Below, piece after piece: positions 29,414 through 39,430 of a stretch of 64,000 nt of DNA. The notes under the pieces were generated by a model. The model was not told the DNA's origin. It did no database searches and worked only from the letters and a program-made list of their open reading frames with translations. The DNA comes from a virus. Its lineage: Duplodnaviria > Caudoviricetes. Location: the IMG/VR virus record IMGVR_UViG_3300021295_000001. The stretch is one strand, 5' to 3'. How positions within the stretch are numbered: the stretch's first letter is position 1; every line of letters starts with the position of its first letter. Made by a program: the position numbers and the translations under genes.

Positions 29414-29616
29414 AAGTTATTTTGTACCACCAGGAATCATGCGGTATGTGCAAAGCCGTGGAGATGATGCTCAAGAAGAAGGGCATCGAATACGAATCAT
29501 GCACCGACGTCGACGAAATGATTGGCAAGGGAATTAGTGGGACGCCCGCGTTGGAAGTCGACGGGAAACTGTACATCAAAGGCGAGTGCAGGGATTGGCT
29601 TGCCAAACAAAAATAA
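29410..29616 (+). CDS. Glutaredoxin-like protein
   Basis: CGMC, GIEY, TPALEVDG. Confidence 0.85.
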   Translation: MKVILYHQESCGMCKAVEMMLKKKGIEYESCTDVDEMIGKGISGTPALEVDGKLYIKGECRDWLAKQK

Positions 29617-29641
29617 ATCAAATAAATCATCAGGTAGCAAA

Positions 29642-31555
29642 ATGGACGAGAAGACTTTAACCAAAAAACTTAAATTCATAGACGAGTACAACAAGGCGTC
29701 TAATGCATCGACTGGAAGTCAGTACGATTCCAACGCCAACGTCACCTCAAAGAACCTGGCGACGCAAGAGTGCGAACTCGGAAAAAAGGACTTCATAGAC
29801 CTGAACAGGGCGTTGGTCAAGCGCTATCTTTACAAAATGTACGGAGAATCCATCGTCGAATCGTTCGACTCGGATTTGAAGAACCACATAATCTACTCCC
29901 ACGACGAATCGTCCCTTAAGCCGTATTGCGTCGCTGCCTCGTTGTATCCGTTCCTCCTAGATGGCCTGTCTGGCCTCGGCGGGTCCGCTTCGGCGCCGAA
30001 ACACGCGAACAGTTACATCGGGAGCCTCGTCAACCTCGTGTTCCTGCTTTCATCGCAGTTCGCGGGAGCCGTCGCGATACCCGAGTTCCTGACGTACTTC
30101 GACCACTTCCTTAGGTTGGACTATGGGCAGGATTACACGAACCATCTGGACGACATCGTTGAGAAGGTGGGTGGCCATGAGTTCACGCTGAGGCATAAGA
30201 TTGAGGACTGGTTCCAACAGTTCGTGTACTCGGTAAACCAGCCCGCTGGCGCCAGGAACTACCAATCGCCGTTCATCAACATCTCCTATTTCGACAAAGG
30301 CTATTTCGAAAGCATATTCAAGGGTTTCTTCTTCCCCGATTTGGACGAGCCGTGTTGGGAAACGACAAAGGAACTTCAGAAGATGTTCATGAAATGGTTC
30401 AACAAGGAGCGTGAGAAAACGACCATAACCTTCCCCGTCGAATCGTTCAACCTCTTGGTTGACAAAGACACTGGGAAATACGTTGACGAGGAGTCCGCCG
30501 ATTTCTGCGCGGAAATGCACGCGGAAGGCCATTCCTTCTTCATTTACCAAAGCGATAGCGCCGATTCGCTATCGTCGTGTTGCAGGTTGCGAAACGGAAT
30601 TGACGAGAACGTGTTCAGCACCTCGATGGGCGCTGGTGGCATCATGACTGGCTCCAAGAAGGTGATAACGCTCAACCTCAACAGGATAACGCAGGATTGG
30701 TTCAATCGCGAAGCGGTCGGCTCCGATGGCGGAAAAACGTTGCCCGAATACATAACGGCCATCGTGAACAGGGTGCACAAATACCTCAATGCGTGGAACA
30801 TGAAACTCCACGACGATTTGGCCAATGGCATGTTGCCAGCGTATTCCGCTGGGTTCATCGACTTGGACAAACAGTTCCTTACGGTCGGTGTCAACGGGTT
30901 CGTTGAGGCAGCCGAGTTCCTGAGGTCCCTCGGTGAGGACGCGCCATCCCAATATAGGGGCATTGACGTAAAGCCAGAAAACGCGCAGTACAGGCAGTTG
31001 GCCAAAGACATCCTCGGGACCATAGAATCGGTCAACAGGGAGCACAAGACGCAAACCACGAAATATAACCTGGAATTCGTGCCTGGTGAGAACGCATCCG
31101 CCAAGTTGTACCAATGGGACAAGAAGGACGGATACGTCGTGCCCCAAGGCAGGAATCTGTACAACTCCTACTTCTACGTGGTTGAGGACACGACGATAGA
31201 CCCAATCAAGAAGTTCTACTACCAAGGGGAGGGATTCGCGAGCGTATGCAGCGGAGGCGTCGCGCTCCACAATAACCTTTCCGAGTTCCTTTCCAAAAAG
31301 CAGTATAGGTTGTTGATGGACGTGGCCGTCAAGGCTGGGTGCAACTACTGGACGTATAATATACCTGCGACGATTTGCAACGATTGCGGATGCAGGGACA
31401 AACGGTATCTGCACGAGTGCCCCAAGTGTGGCTCCAAGAACCTGGATTACGAAACCAGGATAATAGGATACCTCCGCAGGGTGAGCAACTTCTCGGAAGC
31501 GAGGCAACTCGAAGCGTCCCGTAGATACTATGGAAAAGTAGAGGAAAAAGTCTGA
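29642..31555 (+). CDS. nrdD: Anaerobic (class III) ribonucleotide reductase
   Basis: YSHD..PYC, SCCRL, CxxC..CxxC, glycyl-radical motif RIIGYL; no N-terminal ATP cone. Confidence 0.95.
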   Translation: MDEKTLTKKLKFIDEYNKASNASTGSQYDSNANVTSKNLATQECELGKKDFIDLNRALVKRYLYKMYGESIVESFDSDLKNHIIYSHDESSLKPYCVAASLYPFLLDGLSGLGGSASAPKHANSYIGSLVNLVFLLSSQFAGAVAIPEFLTYFDHFLRLDYGQDYTNHLDDIVEKVGGHEFTLRHKIEDWFQQFVYSVNQPAGARNYQSPFINISYFDKGYFESIFKGFFFPDLDEPCWETTKELQKMFMKWFNKEREKTTITFPVESFNLLVDKDTGKYVDEESADFCAEMHAEGHSFFIYQSDSADSLSSCCRLRNGIDENVFSTSMGAGGIMTGSKKVITLNLNRITQDWFNREAVGSDGGKTLPEYITAIVNRVHKYLNAWNMKLHDDLANGMLPAYSAGFIDLDKQFLTVGVNGFVEAAEFLRSLGEDAPSQYRGIDVKPENAQYRQLAKDILGTIESVNREHKTQTTKYNLEFVPGENASAKLYQWDKKDGYVVPQGRNLYNSYFYVVEDTTIDPIKKFYYQGEGFASVCSGGVALHNNLSEFLSKKQYRLLMDVAVKAGCNYWTYNIPATICNDCGCRDKRYLHECPKCGSKNLDYETRIIGYLRRVSNFSEARQLEASRRYYGKVEEKV

Positions 31556-31574
31556 TAGTTGTTGTGATTTTATA

Positions 31575-31583
31575 TGCTAAATT
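31575..31583 (+). promoter_or_regulatory. Putative late promoter TGCTAAATT
   Basis: 6 nt before the endonuclease ATG. Confidence 0.65.
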
Positions 31584-31589
31584 AAATGC

Positions 31590-32396
31590 ATGAATATAAA
31601 AGAAAAATTACTGGCCACGAACGTTATACTAGATAATGAGTATTTATCAAAGTATATAGAGTTGGTGAAAACTAATTTAAATACAAAACAAGCGAGGTTT
31701 AAAACCCAGAGTCATCACATTATACCTAGATGCTATTTTAAGATATTAGGTATTCCTTGTGATAATTCTTCAGAAAACACAATACATCTTTTATACAAAG
31801 ACCACGTGCTTGCTCACTACTATTTATGCTTGTGTAGTAAAGATGCCGAATTTAAATATAATAATATCTGTGCATTAAAGTATTGTTTAAATCATAGAGA
31901 CTATAAGAAACAAGATTTCTATATTGAGGAGAGACATGTACTTGAACAACTGGATGGTCTTCAAAAATTATATGAGGAATCTAAAACTCTAGGTGCTTTA
32001 AAGTCATCATTGAAGCAAAGAGGTCAAAGTAGAAAAAATAAAGGTACTAAGCATATACATAAAGATGGGGTTTATAAAATGGTTCAACCAACTGAACTGG
32101 ATAAATACTTATCTGAAGGTTGGGTGTTAGGTGGAAGACCGTTATCAGATAAGCATAAAGAAGCACTATTAAATTCAAATGTAGGTTCTCACAAATCTGA
32201 AGAATGTAAAAACAAATTACATAATAAGTTATTTGGAATAAAAATTTCCCAAGAAAGAAAAGATAAAATTAGTCTCGAAAGTAAAGATAGAGTTTGGATA
32301 AATAATGGTGTTACAAATAAATTCGTTAAACAAGATACACTTCAAGAATATATAGAGAAAGGATATGTGTATGGAAGACTTAAACTTAAGAAATAA
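31590..32396 (+). mobile_element. Free-standing HNH homing endonuclease with NUMOD-like DNA-binding repeats
   Basis: HHIIPR..ENTIHL..DHVLAHYYL; SEECKNKL and WINNG; strongly AT-rich; between nrdD and nrdG. Confidence 0.85.
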
Positions 32397-32964
32397 AGAA
32401 GAAGAAAATGAATCCCTTGGTAAACCACTTAAGTACTACGATGTAGCAGTTACATTTGCAGAATTTCCAGAAGAAATTACACTATGTGTAAATATTACAG
32501 GGTGTGTCTGTCACTGTTCCCAGTGCTCTGAGCCTTGGTTGAGACCTTATGTCGGTACATTATTAACAAATGAAGAAATAGATAAACTAATTGCCGAACA
32601 TCCAGGAATTACCGTGTTTGGTTTAATGGGTGGGGATAGTGACCATGATGACGTAGTCAGGATTGCTAACTATGTTCATGAAAAACACCATCTTAAAGTA
32701 GGCATGTATAGTGGCAGAGAATTTCTTAATATGAAATTGCTTGAGTGTTTAGACCTCTATAAGATTGGCAGATGGATTATGCCTAAAGGACCCGCTAGTG
32801 AATGGCATCAAACCAATAATGGCGTTCTTCAATTCCCGTGGTCCAATCAATTGCTATTTGAGAAGGTGGGCAACTTATGGCTCAACACCACATATAAGTT
32901 CAGGAAAGAGAAAATCGGAAATCCAGAAAGATACATAGTCAGCCCCGAAGACAACAACGAATGA
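32371..32964 (+). CDS. nrdG: Anaerobic RNR activating radical-SAM protein
   Basis: FAEFPEEITL..GCVCHCSQC (CxxxCxxC), LMGGD, KIG; AAAGGA RBS. Confidence 0.85.
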   Translation: MEDLNLRNKEEENESLGKPLKYYDVAVTFAEFPEEITLCVNITGCVCHCSQCSEPWLRPYVGTLLTNEEIDKLIAEHPGITVFGLMGGDSDHDDVVRIANYVHEKHHLKVGMYSGREFLNMKLLECLDLYKIGRWIMPKGPASEWHQTNNGVLQFPWSNQLLFEKVGNLWLNTTYKFRKEKIGNPERYIVSPEDNNE

Positions 32965-32989
32965 CGACCCTCGCGGTCGTTTTCGTTAT

Positions 32990-33018
32990 TTGACACGGAC
33001 CTCCATCTCTGGTATAAT
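32990..33018 (+). promoter_or_regulatory. sigma70-type promoter
   Basis: TTGACA-17 nt-TATAAT with extended TG. Confidence 0.85.
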
Positions 33019-33038
33019 ATAGGGGTAGGAGGCATTTG

Positions 33039-33329
33039 ATGATGGCCGAAGACAAGAAGACAAAGCGCATGTACTACGCCGTGTTCTACGACAAGGACGG
33101 TTCCGTGCACATGTGGCCGAACGAAAGCAAGGAAAGGTGCCTTGAGGTACTTTACGAGACTCTCAAGTGCAAGCGCAACCACGACAGGTGCGCCAGGACC
33201 ACCGTCATCACGAGGGAGGTCCCAAACGACTTCGATTACTACGTGTTCGGCAAACCCGAGTCGTTGAACGTGCTCAAGAAATTCGACAAGGACATCAAGG
33301 CTGGCAAAGCCAAATTCGAGTGGGAGTGA
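33039..33329 (+). CDS. Hypothetical early protein
   Basis: AGGAGG RBS downstream of a consensus promoter. Confidence 0.65.
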   Translation: MMAEDKKTKRMYYAVFYDKDGSVHMWPNESKERCLEVLYETLKCKRNHDRCARTTVITREVPNDFDYYVFGKPESLNVLKKFDKDIKAGKAKFEWE

Positions 33330-33332
33330 ATT

Positions 33333-33671
33333 ATGACAATCAGAGTAAACAGAGACGATTGGAGGAACGAGGCGTTCCGCAACGCCACCCTTCTTTTGGC
33401 GGAGTCGTTCGGCACGGACGTCGAGATTGAGGTTCCGAAAAAGGAGCACTTGCCTTATCAGGTGCAGATTTGGCTGGGCGACGATGTCGCCGAGACAGCG
33501 GAGTTCACGCGTAAGGCCGACGCGCTTAAGTGGTCGAAGGAACGACTTTCCGACCCCAAGAACGCGGGTGGCGTGGCCGACGTAAAGAAGTACAACAAGG
33601 TTGGCGACGATTTCGATTGGCAGTTCTACGTCCTTTCGGAAGGTCGCCTCGAGGAAACTTACGATTTCTGA
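33333..33671 (+). CDS. Hypothetical protein
   Basis: GGGAG RBS; phage-like codon usage. Confidence 0.6.
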   Translation: MTIRVNRDDWRNEAFRNATLLLAESFGTDVEIEVPKKEHLPYQVQIWLGDDVAETAEFTRKADALKWSKERLSDPKNAGGVADVKKYNKVGDDFDWQFYVLSEGRLEETYDF

Positions 33672-33681
33672 GGGCGACGGC

Positions 33682-33936
33682 ATGCATAAGTACATCATTT
33701 CTCTGATGCTGAGGCCTTCGGAGGAGAAGATAATCCTCACGGGTGCGTTCAAGAACGATTTCGACTTGGAGGATTACGTGAACGGATTCATCAAGTCCCA
33801 TGGCGTGGGTTCGTACGTTGGATACGAGTACTGCAAGTTGGAGGATTGCAATTTCGACAAGAACGACATGTGCCCAATCGCGTTCCCGAATTGGATTGGG
33901 GCGCTCACGATAAAATACGTAAAATCGCAAAAATAG
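33682..33936 (+). CDS. Hypothetical protein
   Basis: GAGGG RBS before ATG 33682. Confidence 0.55.
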   Translation: MHKYIISLMLRPSEEKIILTGAFKNDFDLEDYVNGFIKSHGVGSYVGYEYCKLEDCNFDKNDMCPIAFPNWIGALTIKYVKSQK

Positions 33937-34008
33937 TTCGGTTTTGCAACGGACTGGACATCATCGCATCAAACGGGACGAATTTCCCGTCGATGTATAA
34001 TAACGAAT

Positions 34009-34218
34009 GTGAGCATGGAAAAAGGCAAGAAGAAAAAATACGGAAACTGGCTCATCGGCAAGCACGTCGTCGTTTTCGGAAACGGATTCTCGACCAGGGC
34101 CGAGGTCGTAAGCCATCTGCGTGGCCCCATGTTCTCGATAATGTCCGCCGATGCAGGCAACGGGATAAACCTCATGCTGTTGAATACGGACGAGGATACG
34201 TTCGTCGTGGAGGATTGA
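34009..34218 (+). CDS. Hypothetical protein
   Basis: TATAAT 7 nt upstream; coupled to the next gene. Confidence 0.5.
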   Translation: MSMEKGKKKKYGNWLIGKHVVVFGNGFSTRAEVVSHLRGPMFSIMSADAGNGINLMLLNTDEDTFVVED

Positions 34219-34219
34219 C

Positions 34220-34900
34220 ATGGACGGAAATGGTCGCGATTACGAGTGCTTCGCCTTCGAGCGAAGCCTTTCGACTTACACGAGCGGTTGCTCAACCGTC
34301 AGGAAAAAGGTGCTTCGCTCCGACTTCGAGGGGTTCGAGGTGAATTTTCTCTACGGTTTGTACAGGAAGATGCTCGCCCTCAACGACGATTTGTTCGCGC
34401 CGACGTTCAAAGCCGTGTTCCTGTTCGACGAATCGCTGTCCCAATACATAAGCAAAGACGAGGACGGCGAGTGGTTCGAATTCTCCGAAGAGGAGATAAC
34501 GAGGACGTTCGAGGATTGCCTGCGCGTCGCGGACGAAAAAGGATACGACAAGGACGCGATGTTCTCGTTGTGGAATTATCTGGTCGGCGTTTTCGGGGAC
34601 GTCAACGGGAAGACGTTGTACGAATGGCATGGGTTCGAAAGGGATATGACCGACGACGAACTGGAATTTTGCAGAAAGAAATTCCCGAATTCGGAGTGGA
34701 AGAGGGGCGACAAAGCCATCGTGTATCGCGGGTTCCTTTTCCCCATAGAGGGTAAATACGGGTGGGCTCTCGCGTTGTCAGACGACGAAGCGAACGCCGT
34801 GGAATTCGATTTGGTATGGGATTGGTGGTATCCGATAGACAGGCACATATTCCTCGTTTTGGGTCCGTCCCATCGCGAGTCGTTGGCAAAGGAGGCCTGA
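34220..34900 (+). CDS. Hypothetical protein
   Basis: GGAGG RBS. Confidence 0.6.
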   Translation: MDGNGRDYECFAFERSLSTYTSGCSTVRKKVLRSDFEGFEVNFLYGLYRKMLALNDDLFAPTFKAVFLFDESLSQYISKDEDGEWFEFSEEEITRTFEDCLRVADEKGYDKDAMFSLWNYLVGVFGDVNGKTLYEWHGFERDMTDDELEFCRKKFPNSEWKRGDKAIVYRGFLFPIEGKYGWALALSDDEANAVEFDLVWDWWYPIDRHIFLVLGPSHRESLAKEA

Positions 34901-34903
34901 TTC

Positions 34904-35248
34904 ATGGAATTCAATGGGATATTCGGGTTGGGGCCAAGCGTCGACATATGCAAGATATACCTAGGCATAGTGGCTGGGCTCAGGAAGATTTACACTGGCG
35001 AAGTAGAATTGAGTTTCGACGACTTGGACATTTTCTTTGATTCGGACGAACTGGATGCGGTGATGGCTTCCGTGCCGATTTACGCGAAGTTGTCTGGCCA
35101 TTGGTTCGTCCACAGTAACGCCAAGCGCTCCCCAGGTCCTACATACAACGGTGATTTCACGGTGACGATTTGCCCTGAGGACACGGTGGATTCCGTGGTG
35201 GGCGCCGTCCTGTCGGATGACAGGTTGGAATCCCGTAAAGGTGATTGA
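34904..35248 (+). CDS. Hypothetical protein
   Basis: AAGGAGG RBS; followed by a terminator. Confidence 0.6.
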   Translation: MEFNGIFGLGPSVDICKIYLGIVAGLRKIYTGEVELSFDDLDIFFDSDELDAVMASVPIYAKLSGHWFVHSNAKRSPGPTYNGDFTVTICPEDTVDSVVGAVLSDDRLESRKGD

Positions 35249-35251
35249 ATT

Positions 35252-35268
35252 GGCCGAAAGGCCTTTTT
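35252..35268 (+). terminator. Rho-independent terminator
   Basis: GGCC-GAAA-GGCC-TTTTT. Confidence 0.65.
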
Positions 35269-35281
35269 GATTTCAATGTGG

Positions 35282-35310
35282 TTGACTTATAAATCAACTG
35301 GGTATATAAT
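35282..35310 (+). promoter_or_regulatory. sigma70-type promoter
   Basis: TTGACT-17 nt-TATAAT. Confidence 0.8.
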
Positions 35311-35333
35311 TTTGGCAACGGAGGTTTTAGAAT

Positions 35334-36206
35334 ATGTTCGATAGCAAAAACGAAGAGGCGATGGCGATGTACAACCAGTTCGTGGCGTCAGCGAGCCAAA
35401 TCAAGGGATTCGTCGTCGGCCAAAAGGAGGACGTCCCTTACGACATCACGGAATTGGCAAACGCCTACAGGAGCGCATGCGAGAGGTGCGACGAGGTGGC
35501 GAAGAACCAGATGCTGTCCGCCCTCATGGTGAGGTATTGGCATTTGATTCCGTACCTTTACGAAAAAAGCAAAGGCAGTGGCATCACGTTGGTCGATTCC
35601 GCCATGTGGGTGTACGATGGCATCGAGAAAGCGGTTCGATACGGGGCGTGGCTGGACCCCAACAAGCACGTGTCCAAGGAAAAGAAGGGGGCCGAGAAGT
35701 GCATCAATCAGGCAATCACGTCCGTCAGGGCGTCGTGGTATGAGCATTCCAACCGCCAAATCAGGTCCAAGGACAACCAATTGCTTTCGCTCGACACGTC
35801 CGCGTATCAGGACGATTCTGGGAAAAGCATCCCGCTCGTAGACGATTTGCCGAAGGACGATTTCGGCCTCAGGTCCAGCGTCGCAACCACCATCCTCATG
35901 GACAGCCTTCTGAGCCAAAGGAAAGTCACGGACGCCTTGTTGGTCGACATGCTGATGAACGGTAGCGCGTTCCCGACGAGGGGCGGACTGCGCTTCTCCG
36001 AAACGTTGCTCGCGTCAGATTTGAAGTCGCTCGATTCCTCATACGCCGAGTCCTTCTGCGAAAAGTACGGTTTCGGGGACGACGGCATGGTGCGCGGAAT
36101 CGTCTCCAAATTGCATGGCATGGGCCAAAACGATTTGCTGTCTCTAATCAGGTCCAAACTGGGCGAATTGCGTGCGTCGAGGGCCGTTTACGAATATGCC
36201 CACTGA
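35334..36206 (+). CDS. Divergent sigma70-family factor
   Basis: Region-2-like LMVRYWHLI..VYDGIEKAVRY..LDP..INQAI, then LLSLD. Confidence 0.55.
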   Translation: MFDSKNEEAMAMYNQFVASASQIKGFVVGQKEDVPYDITELANAYRSACERCDEVAKNQMLSALMVRYWHLIPYLYEKSKGSGITLVDSAMWVYDGIEKAVRYGAWLDPNKHVSKEKKGAEKCINQAITSVRASWYEHSNRQIRSKDNQLLSLDTSAYQDDSGKSIPLVDDLPKDDFGLRSSVATTILMDSLLSQRKVTDALLVDMLMNGSAFPTRGGLRFSETLLASDLKSLDSSYAESFCEKYGFGDDGMVRGIVSKLHGMGQNDLLSLIRSKLGELRASRAVYEYAH

Positions 36207-36888
36207 TTTCAAACGTGCGTCGTTCGACGTGAAGGCCTCCATGAGGATTGGCCTTGAGAACGCCGTGTTCTGCTATTGGCTACTCGGGTTGGTCGGCTCT
36301 GGCGATTGCGATGGCGAAGGCCTCTTCGACATAGACAGGGAGGCCACGAGGGAAGGCACGTCGTTGGGGGCCGATTCGCAATTGTCGTGCCAGGCTTCCC
36401 TGAGGAAATACGGCGTCGTCCGATATTCCGACGAAAACCCAGACAGGATAAGTTTCGATTTGGAAAAATACCTGTGGATAATCAGGAGCGACGACGAGGA
36501 GTTCAACAAGGAATTCCGCGTTTCCCCACGGAGCAAATCCGATGCGAGGAAAGCCAAGAAGGCCTGCGTGTCGAAGGCGCTCAAATCCTACATATCCGCC
36601 GAAGACCCAGACGTCAAACGCGAGTTGGAGCACTGGGTGGACGCCTTGGTCGATTCTGGTAAGATGACGAAGGAAACGGTCATCAGATTCCAGGAAACGC
36701 TCAATGGGTACGCCAAGGGTAGCAGGAAGGTAGCGTTGGACGTGATAGGCATGGCCGTGGCGAGCAAATACTCAAATTGCGTGTGGGCCATCGAGTCCTA
36801 CGAGCGCGAGAAAATGCAGATTAAGCCGAAATCTACGCCAACGATTAAGGTCGCCACGAAGGGCGGATTGAGCGAAAAGCGGTATTGA
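36196..36888 (+). CDS. Putative replication initiator / replisome organiser
   Basis: N-terminal ASMRIGLENAVF wHTH-like segment; upstream of the DnaC-like loader. Confidence 0.5.
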   Translation: MPTDFKRASFDVKASMRIGLENAVFCYWLLGLVGSGDCDGEGLFDIDREATREGTSLGADSQLSCQASLRKYGVVRYSDENPDRISFDLEKYLWIIRSDDEEFNKEFRVSPRSKSDARKAKKACVSKALKSYISAEDPDVKRELEHWVDALVDSGKMTKETVIRFQETLNGYAKGSRKVALDVIGMAVASKYSNCVWAIESYEREKMQIKPKSTPTIKVATKGGLSEKRY

Positions 36889-36913
36889 CCGACGCCCATC
36901 ACGCTGGTATAAT
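36885..36913 (+). promoter_or_regulatory. sigma70-type promoter
   Basis: TTGACC-17 nt-TATAAT. Confidence 0.75.
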
Positions 36914-36937
36914 CTTTCTTGGATAGGAGGAAACGAC

Positions 36938-37423
36938 ATGTACAGAAACGAAGACAGAAGGGCGCTGTTCCATAGGGACGTGTTCTTCCCCAAAGGAACC
37001 GACGAGAAGGTCAGGAAGGCCCAAGAGGCTTTCGACGGGTACGTCGTGTCCCGTCACCTGAGCGACCACATCGGCAACAGGGAGGACAGGAGCCACGATT
37101 ACAAGAGCGAGGCCATCTACGATTGCATAGACTCCCTGAGGACCACGCGTTACGACGCGTTCGAGGTCGAATACGGGAAGGGGTTCTACGAATTCGGGAC
37201 CGACGATTGGGTCGTTACCAAATACTGCGTGAGAATCCCGTATTCGCAAAACCAGGACATCGTCGTCGTTGTCATGCCGAAATGGAATAAATTCACCCGC
37301 TCCTACGAAAAGAACGGCAACTTCATCAAGACGGCTTGGCTCAACCACATGAACGATGACCACAAGACCCTGGACTTCAGCAAATACAAAGACAAGGACT
37401 TCTGGGAAGGTTGCGGTTGGTGA
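36938..37423 (+). CDS. Hypothetical protein, possible BECR/RelE-like RNase fold
   Basis: SRHL..FEVE..KYCVR..DIVVVV..IKTAWLN..DDHKTL; own promoter and RBS. Confidence 0.4.
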   Translation: MYRNEDRRALFHRDVFFPKGTDEKVRKAQEAFDGYVVSRHLSDHIGNREDRSHDYKSEAIYDCIDSLRTTRYDAFEVEYGKGFYEFGTDDWVVTKYCVRIPYSQNQDIVVVVMPKWNKFTRSYEKNGNFIKTAWLNHMNDDHKTLDFSKYKDKDFWEGCGW

Positions 37424-37462
37424 TGGGTTCTCCCATCACCTTTGCGCCGTATAATAAACGCG

Positions 37463-38149
37463 ATGATTGAAGAGAACGAGAACTGCTGGTTGCTCAACGA
37501 ATGCAACCACATAGACTGCGATTGCTTCTGCCTTCGCAAGTACAAAACTGGGGCGCTGTACGACTATGCCTACATATCGGATAGGCAAAGGAGGAGGATT
37601 CCCCTCGTTTTGGACGCCGATGAGGCTGACAAGGATTCCTTCGAATACCTGTCGTCCATCGAATCGAACATAACCAATTTCGTGAAGTCTGGTGGCAATC
37701 TGTACATCCACTCGACGAACACTGGCAACGGAAAGACGTCGTGGGCATTGAGATTGGCCCAAGCGTACGTCAACCGAATTTGGGCGAAGAGCGACCTGTC
37801 ATGCAGGGTCCTGTTCGTGCACGTTCCCAGGCTCCTGCTCGAATTGAAGAACAACATATCGGGGCACAGCGCTTACGCGGAGTACATCAAGGAAAACGCC
37901 CCGACGGCCGATTTGGTCATTTGGGACGAGGTCGGTACGAAGGGCCTGACCCAATTCGAACACGAGAACATACTCAACTTCATAAACACGAGGCTCGACA
38001 CTGGGAAGGCCAACGTGTACACGTCCAACCTAACCGACGAGGAATTGCACTTGGCTTTGGGGGACAGGCTTTATTCCAGGATAGCGCTCAGTTCCGACGA
38101 CGTCGAATTGACTGGCGCCGACAAACGCGCCCTGAAACTTGGGCAATGA
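37463..38149 (+). CDS. DnaC/IstB-like helicase loader
   Basis: N-terminal Cys cluster; Walker A TGNGKT; LVIWDEVG; YTSNL; DRLYSRI. Confidence 0.85.
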   Translation: MIEENENCWLLNECNHIDCDCFCLRKYKTGALYDYAYISDRQRRRIPLVLDADEADKDSFEYLSSIESNITNFVKSGGNLYIHSTNTGNGKTSWALRLAQAYVNRIWAKSDLSCRVLFVHVPRLLLELKNNISGHSAYAEYIKENAPTADLVIWDEVGTKGLTQFEHENILNFINTRLDTGKANVYTSNLTDEELHLALGDRLYSRIALSSDDVELTGADKRALKLGQ

Positions 38150-38161
38150 GGAGGGACGTTC

Positions 38162-39430
38162 ATGATTCAACTTCAGTTTCTTAACTACGTCCTTCGCAAC
38201 GGGGACGCTTCCATAATAACTAAGAACAACCTGAACGAGGAGTATTTCTCCGACTACAGGAACGAATACAGGTTCATCATGGACCACGTCTCGAAATACG
38301 GGAACGTCTGCGACTTGGAGACGTTCGTGGCGAAGTTCCCTAGGTTCGAGATAATCGAGGTGACGGAAAACCCGAAGTACCTCCTGTCCGCTTTGTCCGA
38401 CGATTACAACACGCGGAAGTTGGCGGAAACGTTCAACAAGGTCAAGACGCTCCTGTTGCAGAACAAGGTGGAAGACGCCATGAACGTGTACCGAAACGCC
38501 TCCCACTACCTCGACAACGGTTCGTCAATCGGGTGTGTCGACATCACGAAGGACGTCAGCCGTTACGACAGATACGTCGAGAAAACCAGGGATTTCGGAA
38601 AATACTTCGTCACCACTGGGTTCCCCGAATTGGACGCCGTGGTCGGCGGATTCGACAGGCAGGAGGAACTGGCCACGATTGTGGCCAGGACCAACAACGG
38701 CAAATCGTGGATTATGCTGAAGTGCGCCACGGCAGCCTATATGCAGGGGCTCAACGTGGGCATCTACTCTGGCGAAATGAGCGAGGACAAGGTCGGGTAC
38801 CGTTTCGATACGCTCATGGGCCACATAAGCAACGGCGGTTTGGTCCATGGCCAGGAAGCCATAATGAACCAATACAAATCCTACATCGACAACCTACCCT
38901 CTATGGGGAAGGGGTCAATCAAGGTGATGACGCCGAACATGATTGCTGGCACGGCCGACGTGAACGCGCTCCGCTCGTTCATCGAGAAGGAGAACCTCGA
39001 CATCCTCTTCGTCGACCAGTTGTCCCTATTGGAGGACTGCAGGCGCGGAAGGACGCCACCCGAGAAGGCATCCAACATCTCGAAGGACCTGAAAATCCTG
39101 CAAACCATGAAGAAAATCCCAATCATAAGCGTGTGCCAGCAGAACAGGACCACGACGGAGAGCGGTGACGTGTCAACCACGCAAATAGCGCAGTCCGACC
39201 GAATCGGGCAGGACAGCACGACCGTAATCTTCCTCGAGAAGAAGGACGACATCATGAAACTGACGCTCGTCAAAGCGAGGGATATGTCGAACGGGAACGT
39301 CCTCAACTACAAGGTGGACCTCAACAAAGGCATATTCAAATACATCCCAGTTTCCGACGACGGCGTTTCGTCCCAGGAATCCTCGGCCAGCCTTGAGGAC
39401 CGCTATGGCTCTGGGGAGGAGTGCTTCTGA
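38162..39430 (+). CDS. DnaB-like replicative helicase
   Basis: TGFPELD, ARTNNGKS, SGEM, FVDQL, QQNR, IGQDS, KAR. Confidence 0.9.
   Translation: MIQLQFLNYVLRNGDASIITKNNLNEEYFSDYRNEYRFIMDHVSKYGNVCDLETFVAKFPRFEIIEVTENPKYLLSALSDDYNTRKLAETFNKVKTLLLQNKVEDAMNVYRNASHYLDNGSSIGCVDITKDVSRYDRYVEKTRDFGKYFVTTGFPELDAVVGGFDRQEELATIVARTNNGKSWIMLKCATAAYMQGLNVGIYSGEMSEDKVGYRFDTLMGHISNGGLVHGQEAIMNQYKSYIDNLPSMGKGSIKVMTPNMIAGTADVNALRSFIEKENLDILFVDQLSLLEDCRRGRTPPEKASNISKDLKILQTMKKIPIISVCQQNRTTTESGDVSTTQIAQSDRIGQDSTTVIFLEKKDDIMKLTLVKARDMSNGNVLNYKVDLNKGIFKYIPVSDDGVSSQESSASLEDRYGSGEECF

Noticed and set aside
31556-32400. Group I intron or intein in nrdD
   Set aside because: nrdD is complete, with RIIGYL and a stop at 31555. 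The endonuclease is free-standing.
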